A stretch of 64,000 nt of DNA, taken from NCBI RefSeq assembly GCF_033153115.1, contig NW_026889803.1, forward strand, positions 19,530,001 to 19,594,000, given 5' to 3'. The DNA comes from Saccostrea echinata. Its lineage: Eukaryota. Position 1 is the stretch's first letter, and each line of letters begins with the position of its first letter. The position numbers and the translations under genes were made by a program. Positions 1-13,600 of this stretch are shown here, piece by piece. The notes under the pieces are model-generated. The model saw only the letters and a program-made list of their open reading frames with translations. It searched no databases and was not told the origin of the DNA.

Positions 1-199
1 TTGTGCAAAATAATTAAGTTTTACAACAGATATGCAACTTCTTTGAATAAATTATTCTTATTTGTGAAGAAATGTTTTGTTCATTTCAATATAAAAAAAG
101 AATTTATAACCAATTAAACATATCGTGATACATATCGTATCGTGGCTCAAATATCGGGATACGTATCGATATAGAAAAAGTTGTATCGTCCCAGCCCTA
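1..199. mobile_element. Right end of a hAT-like MITE, truncated by the window start
   Basis: Clustered ATCG/TATCG subterminal repeats ending in ATCGTCCCAGCCCTA, the reverse complement of a TAGGGCTGGGACGAT terminus. The left end is not in the window. Confidence 0.5.
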
Positions 200-1274
200 A
201 TTAGAATCTCAACATTTCATATTTTAACTACTGGCATAAACGTTCAAATATATATATAGCATAATTGCTCTGATTTAAGGTGGATCCTCAAATGCAACTT
301 AAGAGCATCAACTTTGCAAGGAGCTTGCTGGCATAAATCTATGAAATGAAATAAAGATCAGGCTTGTTCTAATTAAATACTCTGCATGCTGAAATGACAT
401 TTTCCTAAATATTGATTCTGTAATCAAAAATGTTAAAAATGTTTCATGGCTCAAGAAGGGTTTCATGCAACATTACTCATGAGATCATTTTCCATATGTG
501 CGACAAGCTGACATTTCACTTATTTATCTTGTCAATTTTACCTAAATTACCAACTACCTTACTGTTAATATATTATCCAAGATAACAGCCCTCCTTTAAA
601 GCCCTAATACTGTAAACATCTTAGTGACAGGTTGCAAAGATTTTAAAATGAAAAACCTATTTTAATAACTGTTCCAATGACAACCTGCTGTGCACAGTCA
701 ATTGGAAATGACAGGCCTTTGGTCTTTTGTAAAGAGTAATTGTTTGGCTAGGGAAAAAAATCAATTGTGTGAGCACTTCTTAACAAATCTGATGAGTTCA
801 GTATAAACCATATGAAAGCATATAAATGAGTATAACACTTAATGAAAAAACTCCCCATTCGGTTCACTAGTTTGACCTGCTTTGCTGAAAAGCAATCAAT
901 AAAGAGGCTGAGTGGATGCCTAGATATAACAGGCTGACTCTGCAAAAAAAAAATCTCGAGATTTCTGATAGGATCAACGAAAAGATTGTATAATAATGGG
1001 ATTGGACACATAGCAGCAATAACGGAAGCTGCCTGTCGAAGACAGAGAGAAGAATATACTGAAGATACTTTTATTCGGTCACTGCTTTTTTAGTCCTGTT
1101 AGGTTTAAATCATTTAGACTTGATATTCATATTGAAAATTACAGCAAAATAAATGTTTGGACATGAATGATGATGAATTTTATGGTACAAACCGCAAGTC
1201 CATTTGAAAACTCAATGCCAGACATTTTACCCTAAATTCTTCCTAAACTTGCATTGCTGCAGTATTTGATATTT

Positions 1275-1935
1275 GAAATGTGAAAATCACAAACAGTGTT
1301 CATTCTCTAAAGTCAATTAAAACAGGACAAATTATGAGCAGAGCCAATACAGACCACTGGAAACAGATAATGGATTAGGTGCCATGGAGGAGCAGGTATC
1401 TCCTGTCAACAATTCATACCTGCAGTGTGCTCCATATCATGATTGGGTAAACCCGAAAACCCATAGACAATTCAATGTGAAAATAATGACCTAACAATTT
1501 GTATGAGAGATGTCAGTCAACATTCAAATTAACAATAGATTGTATTTGCAAGCAAGGTCATCGTATCAACCATAGAATATATGCAAAATATTGACTTTAA
1601 ATGAGATTGATGATACCCTTGTATCATCAACTTACTTGTCAATAGTCTGCCTTGCTTTAGAAATTGTTTGTATAGAGAACATACTCTTGTGTATCAAATC
1701 AACTGGGAGACATGAACTCAATATGCAGGTGTTGATGGTACATTACTACATAATAAGGGAAGTTGACGATAGAAAAGTTGAAGTCCTCATAAAGTTTAGT
1801 TGTCAGTTTGCCACCAATGTCTTTTTCTATAGTAAAATGTCCAAATATGAAATAGATGTACCAGACACTGTGGTGTCTTTCATTTTGAGTTCAGTAGGTT
1901 ATATAAATCAAATCAATGTATGAATAAAATTGAAT
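1275..1935 (-). mobile_element. Degraded 3' fragment of a Penelope-like retroelement
   Basis: The reverse complement aligns by eye to the + strand copy at 46731-47331 (…AACTTTTCTATCGTCAACTTCCCTTAT…, …CTCCTCCATGGCACCT…). Many indels. Confidence 0.75.
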
Positions 1936-4900
1936 ATTTTTTTTGAATAAATTCTGCTTCATACAAAGTACAAAAACAGGTCTGCTACAATCAATTACTT
2001 ACTGCAGTTCCAACAAACATGGTCTCCAAATACTGCAAAGGTATTGTCAATGAGGAACCTTAGCATCTTTTAATATAAGCTTCAGAGTACTTGTGTGGGA
2101 ATCAGACTGATTTTTAACAAAATAAGTTTGCAGATGACCTGAATGACTACGTATGCAAATTTACTATGTGTATATACATGTATATACTTAGGATGATGTG
2201 TTTTCTAGTGACAGGTCACATATTTCTGATTTCGATGACTGTCTAAAAAACTACATATTTTCCAATAAAGACCTTTAGTGACACTATGCCAAAAATATCA
2301 GGAAAGTTCTTGGACCTTTGTCATGGCAAACTAAAAACTGTACTCTGAGAGTCTGAAAATGATATCTTCCCTGTCCACAAAATATTATTTGATATAAATT
2401 AATATGCAGTTTGTTTGAAAACTGAGAAGCATGTTCAACTTGACCTTTCATCAGTATTACGTTATGTACTAAGTGCATTGTACACTACATGTATGCATTG
2501 GTCCTTTTAAAACTCTGCACTTTTGGATGTATGTAGAATGTACTATATTATACCTTAAATTTATAATCTAAATAAATCACTCAGCAAGTAAATATAAACT
2601 GCACTATAAAGTGACTAAGGTCAAGGAAAAGCAAATAAATGAGAATCCTTTTGTGTGTTATTAAAAAAAAAAAAACAGCTGTATTTTTTCATTTCACTTC
2701 CTTCCAATATGTGGTATCAACACCTTACTCAGACTTTAGCAGACTTGGAGCTTAAAATTACAATTTTATCATACATATCTAGCCAGTGTTTTAATTCAAA
2801 CTTGCGTCAATCCTCTCAAATACAGATAACATAGGTTTACGCCAGCCAAACAGATGACAGTTGTAAAACTTCCGCACCAGATTGTGTTTACAAACCACAT
2901 TCTATAAAATTTTACAGTTTATCTAGTGAAATTCTATATTTAACCATCTGCCTCACTGTCAAGTGTTTACAAATTCTCACTATAGATCAAGTATTTTATA
3001 AAAATGATGATCTCAATTACAAAACTTCCTGAAAAAAATCATAATGAATTGATGACCTTCCTTGAAAGTTGAACCCCTTTACACTAAATAGTTAAATAGA
3101 GTCCTACATGTAAACAAGTCTATATAAATGATACAGAGAATGAATACTAGTATTATCTATATTTAAACATTTTATCAAACAACCCTCCCATAAACTATAA
3201 GTTAAACCACATCTACATAAATGTACACATGCAAGGCTATATTCAAAGTTTTTTGTTTTTTTAATGCAGTAAAATTAGCTTACATTCCCAATTTATGCTA
3301 ATTACTTAATGATAATCAAGAAGTAGCTTAAACATGCTTAACTGCATGTGCCCAATGGTTAAATGTAACAGCCATTTTCATTCAAAATATGCATAATTTA
3401 TAAAGTTTAACTAATAACTATAATTAAACATTTCTTTAAAAAATACCATCCCTGAAAACATGTGCACATAGTTTTTGTTAAGCTCAGTTTTATAAAGTGA
3501 TGCTGTGTTGACACATTATTAAATAATTTTAGAACTCCACAACCATCCAAGCTTCAAAATTCCTTTGAAATAAAAAAGCTACTTAATACCTCACTAACCT
3601 CAGAACTAGTTTTATTAATAATTTATCAATTCCACAGTTCAATAACAGTTTTTTTCTCCCTCCCCACTCCCATGGCCTTATTGATTAGAACACCATGAAG
3701 AAAATCAAATTTTCTTGTCACCTTTCATGTAACTAGGTTAATTAGACCTCGTTCAATTTGAAGTTCTGTTTCAATAGTCCTTTTTTGATCAATAATCAAA
3801 ACCTAAATTTGCCTTTCATGAGCATGAATACACAAACAACCTATCAAAAGCAGGAAGTGGAAAAAATCATGTCTTTTTTGACAAGTCACCTCATTTATCT
3901 GTGTATATAAAGACCTCCTGACCCAAAGCCTTATTAACATGATTAAATGAAAATACCAAACATGCACTTATTAATAAATATGTTTACCAAATGCACATTA
4001 AATTGCCTTCTGTGGTTAATTAATGATTTTAGCAAAATTTCCTTTTTGTGTGTTAATTATAATTTTAGATTAGATCTGACAACTTCTTTTATCATGTTTA
4101 CACTGATCTACATTGATGCTTCCACTAAGATGGATAAATTCTGACCAAATTCCAATGTTCTCTTCTATAAGTACTTAAATTTAAACATCCACTAATTGTA
4201 TTCAAAATTAAAACCATGATGCACCTTATCTAATCATTCTTGTCTGGTGTTCAACTTAAAATAATTCTTAAGCATTTAAAATGTTTTGCTGTAAATTAAA
4301 GATTTCTCAGATGATAAATATTTTTTTTCCCAAAAAAATATTATGCCATTTGTGTACTCTGAACCAATACACTCTATACACACATATATAAAATATGAAA
4401 ATGAATGAGTGTATGGTACTTATCATTTTTTTTAACCAACTCTTTTGTGAATGATAGGAATTAACATAGCATTTCCACAAAACAGCTACTTGTAACAAGT
4501 AAAATTTTTCCCTTTTTCCATGTTTTCCTTCCCGATTATGATGTTAGTTCAGGTCCATCGATTCAGAATCCATAGCTGCTAGCTAAAGGACATATACACG
4601 AGTCAAAGTAGTGATCAACCACTTAACACCTGAACTGACTGGAAAAATATTCTATCTGTTAGGTTTTAATACCATTAAAAAATAAATTACCAAATATTAC
4701 TTAAATAAAAATCCCTGCTATCGTGTATGATTTCTGCAATATAAAAGGGGTATTAAGACCTATTACCTCCTAATTTTTCATACTCAAATACATATGTTTC
4801 CTCTACTCACTGTTTCGAGCTAATGTTTTATTTACAAGTATTCAGTAATGAATGATAGAATAACACGACAATAATCAAAATACACAGTTACTGATCTCTT

Positions 4901-6733
4901 ATTTAGACAAGTGTTGTACCCAGATAAAGCCAGGATTTACCAAGGAAAACATATGTCTCAACCAGTTGTGTAGGGTCCAACTGATATCCTAGCTCCTTAA
5001 AACCTTTGGGCTAAAGCCACTCATTCATAAACTGCCTAGTTCATTCACTATCTCAATTACAGATCTTGACAGACTGCCAAAGTGTATAGATTCTGGGTTA
5101 AAATATAAAAAGGTGAGCAAAATAGTGTCAAAACATTTACAAGAATGCATGTTCTGAGACAGGGAAACATGCACTTTATAATTACGTATTTTGTAGAAGC
5201 ATGTACTTGTCTAAACGATTACAATGTTCCGCATGCAGGATTTGGTAAAAGCCTTGAAAATAAAGCAGTGTCGAACTCTTTGATAAAGAATTTCCTGTGT
5301 GATGAAACTTTGATGTGTAGATGAGATTTCAGTGTTATCTCTTTAACTTGGCATATTTTATCTGCAGTCTAAAAATAATGCTCTCCTTCTTGTTTACATT
5401 CAAATACTTAGCATCATATCTTTCTGTCAAAAGAGAGACCAATTATCTCTTGAGAATGCAACAGGTACTAGAGGCAAGAACAATTTCTTGCACTGTGTAT
5501 ACTGGATTGCGATGGTTGTATGATATGTCTGACTTTGACATTTATGCCATGTGGTTTTAACTGCTTCGGCAAATGACACCTTAATCTTTCTCCTCCATAC
5601 TGCAATGATCACTATTACAAGTGGTCTTAACACGTACGTCACATCCATACATGTACATCTTTGCCTACACAGAGTACTATAAAAAAAATTCATATGATAC
5701 CCACCAGCATTTCGAAAGCTTTAATTTGATCACTTACTAATAATGAAAAGATGATAGCTAGTGATTGTTTTAATCTTATTTTAGTTATACATGTACTACC
5801 CAAAATATTCATGTATCAGGGGATAGAGCATTATTTTCAATATCCAAAAATGTTTCATCATGATCAATGATGATAGCTTTTGTTTTAATAAAATAAACAG
5901 AACAGTACCATTCATATTTTCAATCTGAATCAATGTACGATTTAAATTTATTATTAAATACTAATGATATGATATCAAGATAATGTGTCAAAATATGTCA
6001 ACATCTGAAGTGTCGACAGTTTTACACATTTCTTTCTTTAATTTCCTCAGGCTGTTGGTGTGACATTTTGAAAAGACATTACTCTTTACACCAATGAGTT
6101 TTCTTTTTCTCTGTTAATTACATGTAAATTAAAGAATATTTTAGGGAAATGAAGCAAATACACTTGGACTTTTAAATAAGTTTTTAAAAGCTATATATAG
6201 CTGGTGCATCTGTTTCAATCTAACATGTAAATTTAATCCATGTAAATGGGATTTCCTAATCTGAAATAGGTTAATACTCTATAAAACTTAGAATGTTCTT
6301 ATAACTCTGAATTCTGTATTCATGTTTTAGACAGCAACAGTAGGCAAGGCACTGTCCAAATGCAACATAATCCTATGCAAAGAATATATTTTAAGTGCAT
6401 GCAAAAATACCATGGTTAAAATCATAATATTTACATATCATCTATAGAGATTTCCAATGTCTTGATATAACTAAAGATTTAGTTAGAAACTTCAGCTTTA
6501 AACCACATGTATAAAAAGGAGTTTACCTTTATCATTCTTGAGCCATAAGCCCTGTATCTAATAGAGACAATTTAACATAGTTCCCATATCCAAAGATCCT
6601 GTGTTTTGCTTTCATTTTTCATTGACTCAATTTGAGCATCTTTTTTGGCACACTCATTAGTAATCAGAGAAGATTAGTACACATAAATGCCATAAATGGT
6701 GAAATAAAACTAACTTCACACTTATTTACTTAC

Positions 6734-7349
6734 CAACAGCAGGAGCATCATAGGAGTCACCAAGAAGAATCTCCGGTGCAGAGTATGCTAAAGAACCACA
6801 TGACGTTTCTAATTTTTTTCCTGGATTAAACATGTTGCTAAAACCAAAGTCTGTCAATTTCACAATGCCTAGTTTTTCAAAGAACACTACATTTTCTGGC
6901 TTCAAGTCTCGGTGAACCACATGAAGTTTGTGACAGTATGAAATTGCCTCTACAATTTGTCTAAAATAGCGTCTAGCTTTGTCTTCAGGTAGACCCTTTT
7001 CATGCTTCATTATGTAATCATACATATCACCCCCATCACCCAACTCAAGAATAAGATACAGTTTTGTTTGGGTGTCTATCACTTCATATAGTCTCACAAC
7101 ATTTGGATGCTGGACTAGTTTCATACAACGTACTTCTTGAAATAAATGTGATTTTGAAATATCATCTAATTTTGTTTTGTCTATAACTTTAACAGCAACC
7201 TTCTCATTTGTAAACACATGTCGGGCTAACTTCACAACTGCAAAGTGGCCCTTGCCAATCGTCTCTTCGAGGTCGTATAAACCTGCTATCTCAAAATCCC
7301 CACGCGATCTTCTTGGGAATCTGTTTGAACTGGACATCTTGAAACTCAT
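6734..7349 (-). CDS. SNRK: SNF-related serine/threonine kinase, first coding exon (rest of gene lies beyond the window start)
   Basis: [27 protein letters not shown]…[14 protein letters not shown]…LTDFGFSN…[24 protein letters not shown] is characteristic of SNRK. The exon ends at a G|GTAAGT donor (6734/6733). Start is M at 7349 or 7337. No downstream exon was recognised in 1-6733. Confidence 0.93.
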
Positions 7350-8552
7350 TTGCGATACAGCACTTAAAAATCCCTACATCTGCATTGTAAAAATAGCTAA
7401 AATTACTAAGTTTTACGTTACCAACATCGTACATGTCAATACATACTCCATTTTCGGTAGGTCCTTGTGCGCATATACAACTGCGCACTACGTCATTAGG
7501 GTATTGCGGAAATCATAAAACCACGAATGATATTGACTAACGAATTCCCGGGAAATTTGATGCTTGAAAACTAAAGAATGTGTTTTAAAAAACAATATCT
7601 CGATCTTGGTAAAGTATTATGCACGGAAACTCTGGTTGTTATGAAACGCAGAACAGTTTGAAAATAAATAGATAGATAAAATATGATACACAGGTCTACA
7701 AGATATTAGTCTAATAGAATAAACTTACAAGTACGATTTATCAAAGTAGCCGGGGTTTGGTCAGTACTGATTGTGGAATATTGAGAGCTAAACTAAACTA
7801 TATAAATACATATGTATTTCTATGCACACACACACACACCTTTGAAATTTCTTTTCAGATTAATAAATAAATGTCAATTATAAAAACAGAAATATAAAAA
7901 AGTCGGACAGAAAGTAAAAGACTAAATTTATAATTTTCGCCACTGATAGAGATCATAATGTATATATATACATATATAAATTACCACCAACCTGGGCAAA
8001 GTTATAACCTGCAATAGCTAGAATAGCACATTCGGCTGTTCCATTGCAGGACTCCTTATAAACTTTCTTTAAAATTTCTAAATGTAATTAATTAAATATA
8101 GATATGAAACATCATTCAATATCAGTATCTTTTAAAAGAATTACATGCAGCATGAAAAGAAATGAAGTTTTATGGCTGTCCACTCGTATTTACTTGAACT
8201 TCATCTAAATTCTTTGTAGGTATACTAGCTTTTTTTTCAGAACAATGTAAATTTCTTCATTATTTGTTGTAAAACTTTGATTTAATGTGTCTGATTATTA
8301 ATTTTAATTTTTTTGTATTGTATTGCTTGACCTATATGAGTGTATTATGCAATAAAGAAATTATTAAATTATTAATTTTTGGATACATGTACTTTTAAGA
8401 TAAATCTCTTCTTCGTGTTCTAAATTTAATTACACTGAAAGAAATTTCATTTTAAAGAGACCCAGAATTTTGTATTTTATATGCCCAAAATTTTTCAACG
8501 AGGGATCTCTCGCCCCCCCCCCCTTTGAACTCCCTACTAAGACTATGCCCTG

Positions 8553-8662
8553 GAGGGTAACACTGATAAATTTCACACCAAGAAAACCACTGTCAACCGA
8601 GGCGAAGCCGAGGCTGACAATGGGTTTCGATGGGGGGGGGGGGGGTGTTCAATGTTACCCTC
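8553..8662. mobile_element. Palindromic non-autonomous element core (CCGAGGCGAAGCCGAGG type, possibly Crypton-derived)
   Basis: GAGGGTAACA…TGTTACCCTC outer inverted repeat around AAACCACTGTCAACCGAGGCGAAGCCGAGGCTGACAATGGGTTT. Confidence 0.5.
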
Positions 8663-10615
8663 AGCTACATGCAATAGTTATTATATCATACTAAATATTT
8701 TAACAAATACAAATAAAGGTGAAGCGCGCGTATAGACTATGCACAGTCATTTTTGGGGTGGGGGTGGAGGGTATCACCCGTTTCTGAGCAATGTTGACGG
8801 TTGGTAAGTTCTATCGAGCTGTGAAGACGTGGTTTCATCATTCAGGGGGCAACCGTGTTTTTTAACAAATGTTTTGAGACGAATCAAATTCAACTAATTC
8901 ATCTGAACCCCCCCCCCCCTTCCATAAAAAATAAAATAAAATAAATAAATAAATCATGCCAAATTACTGCCTTCTTTTGCATGCTTTCAATTGATTGAAA
9001 AAAAAAAATACAAGTGTGAACAATCCTATTCTTGGTCAGGAAACACTACAGTTCACAGAATGAAGTCATTTTATTAATTTTTTCATTTTAGTTAATTCCT
9101 TTGTTTTATTAGATTAAAAACAGTAATCCCATATTTTATATGTAAGAAACATCAGACACTTGTAAATAATCAAGAAATCTACCTTTTCATGATTCTTCTC
9201 ATATCAGATCATATGTCAAAGCCAAGTAGCATTTTGACATGTCTATGAAAAATCCAAAACTGGTATAAATATTGATTTTTCTTTGTGTACCATTTGAATG
9301 ATTTTTTATTTACATGTAAATCCGTAGAATTTTTGTATATTTCAATGTACATGTATTGATTTTTTTTAATAAAATGATTCAACACACACATTCATATTTC
9401 TTCAATGCCGCCACATTTTAATGGTCGCTATAAATCCATCATTAGCAACATTAAAATGTCAAGTCATCTGCAGTGTGGGTATCAAACCTACACAGCAATA
9501 TATGTGATAATTTTTGCTGCTCATCTTTGGTGTCAATTTCTTCTAGACAATAACTGACAAACGATGGTATTGAGGAATGTGACTTCACCAAATCTAACAT
9601 GCCCACCATTTAAGGCTCTTGCACCTTGCTGAACAATGAACTTACCATGTACATCCGTATTTCAAAAATCAATACCATATGTATATTTTATCATACATCA
9701 TTACTGTAAAATGTCCTATAACCAGGACACAGACGATTGTGGAGGAGTTGAGAGCAGTGTTTGCAACAGCTTTCTAGAAAGGCAATGCAGTCACGTACTT
9801 GCTGTATAATTTACAAAATCTGATGATTAGCAGTCCCTGTGTCTATAAATCTAATAACCCTTCCATTTTGAGCATTTTCAAAAATCTACAGCCTAATACA
9901 AGTAGTGTCCCTATATTTGGTACAAAGAACCATCAATACACAATGTACATGTAAACTTGATTATACAAACACAGCCTGAAAGGGTTACAAACTTTCATTT
10001 TCCTCATGAGAAAACACACCTTGAAACCTCTCGCACAGAAAATCTTTTCATTGATTTGTATCCTGAGTTGTGCAGTTGACAATAACCCACATTTTTTTTT
10101 TGTTTTTTGGTTTATTTTGTCAATCTCTCAAATAGTTGTATGCTATTTATTCATAACATTCATAAAACACTAATTCAGAAAAAATCAGCATGTAATTTTA
10201 CATTTTAAAATGTTTATGTACATTTATTTAACATGTATGCATGTCAAGATCTTATGATAGATGAATGATAACAATGAACAGTACAATTCCAAACATGACC
10301 AATGATGACCCATAACGAAATGCATGGTTAAAATGCTACAATGCTTTTTTCTTCAATGGTAAATGATACAGGAATATTTCCACACACTAGTTATCTCTAT
10401 TTCACACTTTGTAAAGACTTCACCATAAAGAATTAATACTTTATGCCAAGCATGTATTTGATCTGGCTATTCAATAAAAAGAAATGAAAATCCTGAAATA
10501 CACTAATTACATCAGTTCTGTATTTGTGTGGTTTATTTGGCCTGGCACTGCTTGATGGAAGTCCAGAGTGTTTTGTATATTCACTACTGTTTGACAGAAA
10601 CAAATAAATATCCAC

Positions 10616-13600
10616 TTAGAAAGCATATCTTGTTCTGATGTCTTCAAGCTTTTTGGAAACCTGTAAATATAAATCAATAACCATATAATACATACACCAG
10701 CCAAAGATGATGGCAGATGATACACGAAAAAGATGCACAAGCCAGGACAATGATAAGATGTAAACTACAATTGTCTGGCACATTATCGTTTACATTTTTT
10801 TTTTATAGATCCTATCAAAATGTAAAAAAAATGTCTATTGCATAACACTCGATAAACTTATTTATGAATTACTTCAATCCTCTTCAATAAATCTTTCAAA
10901 ATGTGAAAAGTTGTCTAATGCACAACACTTGATAAACTTATAATATTTTATGAATCACTTCAATCCTCTTTAATAAATGACCATAGAAATTCAAAACTTG
11001 TAAATTCATAAATAATGAATTTATGTCTAAACACCTTACACCTCTCAACACTTCTAATACTAACAATGAAGTTATTCTGATGAATGGTATTTTTTGTACA
11101 CTTACTTCGCTGGGTGTCCTGTCTAACTCTTCAGACACACTCTTCTGTTTGGCAGGATCTATAGAGTTAAACATCTCACACAGGTCTCCATCTATCACAT
11201 TCTACAATGATCAAAAAAAATATGTTGTGCTTCAAAAAATTACACAGATTTCCATAACACTGCTAGTTTGTAGAATCCATAGTAAAATAAGATAAAATAT
11301 TTAAGCTGTGTTATACATATACTTTAATGAGTCATGCGTACATAATACATTATATTAATATAGAAGAGCATTGTTGATATACATACTTTGACGGGGAAAT
11401 AGTAGGACCTGAAGGATAGGTGATCTCGGCCACACAGAGGGGGGTGCTCTGTTCTCATATACATCTCCAAATGTTGGAAGAAGTCATGATCCTACAATAT
11501 TGCACAAAACTCATTATTCTTCATCTGAAAACTCTTTACATCTGATGCTTATAAACATTGTTGATTAGAATTCTTGAAACTGTTTAAATACAGACCTTGA
11601 ATTGAATTATACTTAATCTGTGTAAGATTTGTCTCATACCTCGTGTGATGTGAAGGACACCAGCATTCCTATTCCTCCTGACAGTGTGGTGTACACCAGA
11701 GATTCTGACCCCCCAGGTATCAGGGTAGCCTTCTGTAAAGAGGTCACCATCTCCCCTAGGTGGAAATTCATCACCACATCTGCCTGGAAGTTGTAATCAA
11801 TCATGATCACACCAATTAGAACTTTCAAGATTCATAAAGTACAAGTACTGTAAACCAACTATTATTCGCGTCAACTTTTATTCACGATTCGTCAGTTTGA
11901 AATCAATCCGCGACGATTAATTTTTGCGACTGAGGAAATATTCTCTACAAAAACAAAGCAAAATAAATGGTTGGCGGCGATTAATATTCGCGAGTTAAAG
12001 TAGGTCGCGAAACTCGCGAATATTTCTCGCACGCGAATAAAAGTTGGTTTACAGTAAGTTTGGATAGTGGATAAATGAAAGGAAATGAAAAATACCTTCT
12101 GTGAAGCTCCGTTCAGAAGGCCTCTATCCCACAATGCTTTGTTTCCTGTTGGATCTTCATCAACATCATCACTTACATCTGATGGAAGTCGGATCTATCA
12201 AAATATATGCCTTCATCATATAGAATGTCTTCACAAAACATACTGAATGTTGACTAAATTCATCTGTTATAAAGATGTACATTTACATCCTAGGTTTATG
12301 AACAAAATAACATCTAAAAATATGCATCACTTACAATGGTGATATTGCCAAATTTGTCTGCCCCTGCCACAGTATTATAATCCAGTAAACAGGAAGCCGT
12401 AATCCACCTCGGGTTTGTGTCATCGGCAAACACAATCAGCTGGTTCTCTTGTCTCTTGTATCGCAGAAAATGGAAACTGTCTTGAATGTCAGCTGCCACG
12501 ATGCGATTTCCAATGGTATGAATCATAGACACAAAGTTTGGTATGCTCTAAAAAGGAAAATTACTCAATACATATCATGGGGAGGAAAAAAAAAAAACAA
12601 TCCAATTTTTAAATTGTCTAATATTTAACGATTATGATGAATGTTGTTTGCAAGGACTATTGGTTTAAAATTTTAAAGTTTTCCCCCATGAAAATCAGAT
12701 ATACCAGTTTTTAGCACTGTTCAAACATGAACAGATGAATCCGACAGAGTTCTTCCATTCAACCACATACCTTATTTTCACATTTTCTCAGCATTTTCTT
12801 CTTGCCAATGTCGTAAATCCTTAGATACCTTCCCACACCAATAAGAACTCGTCCTTGAAATGATGCAATTGCTCCAGGGACATCTTCTACAGGCGTTTTG
12901 TGTAGTAAATTCAGGGACTCCCCTCCATCCTCCACTTGATAAAGATAGATAAATCCTCCAGTAAGAGATCGGGGATTCAATACAAGGTCTCTAGCCACAC
13001 CAACTAACACAAACTGGTCATCTCCTCGACTGGCAAATTTCACTAGGGCAATGCTGCAATAAATTTTATCTTAATTTAAAGGAAAGCACATAAATTTAAC
13101 AAACATACCCATGAAATGAAACATATATTACCCATCTATGAATAGGATAAGAAAGTGTTTTAACAAAGTACATGATCAAAACTAGATTGCTCACAAAATA
13201 TGAAATTCACAATATCTTTATCAATATCTGAAAATATCTTTCTTTCCACTTTGGACACAATAACAGTCAGCCATGCTTTGTCATGAATCAGAAGGTCAAA
13301 AATTGTAATCACAAATCAGTTGAAACACGGAAAGAGCATCATTTTCATGACAGCTTAGCCCCAGTTAGATCCCCTTAAGATGTTGACCACCACACAGTAC
13401 ATACCTGTGTACAGATTCATTCTGTTCCAGCTGTATTTTCTCTAGTGTATTGCCAGAGATTGGATTGATAATTCTGATGCTGGAGGCCCACATTCCAGGA
13501 CCAGCCTTAGGGGCACCAAACGTTGCTTCAGATCGTTCCTCATTCAGGAAGTTAGCAGCCATTTCTGCCGCCATTTCTCTCTCCTCAGCACTAACCATCT

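Noticed and set aside
748-6829. Short ORFs within the SNRK intron
   Set aside because: No recognisable domains; 1591-1923 is antisense to a Penelope fragment; no downstream SNRK exon was found.
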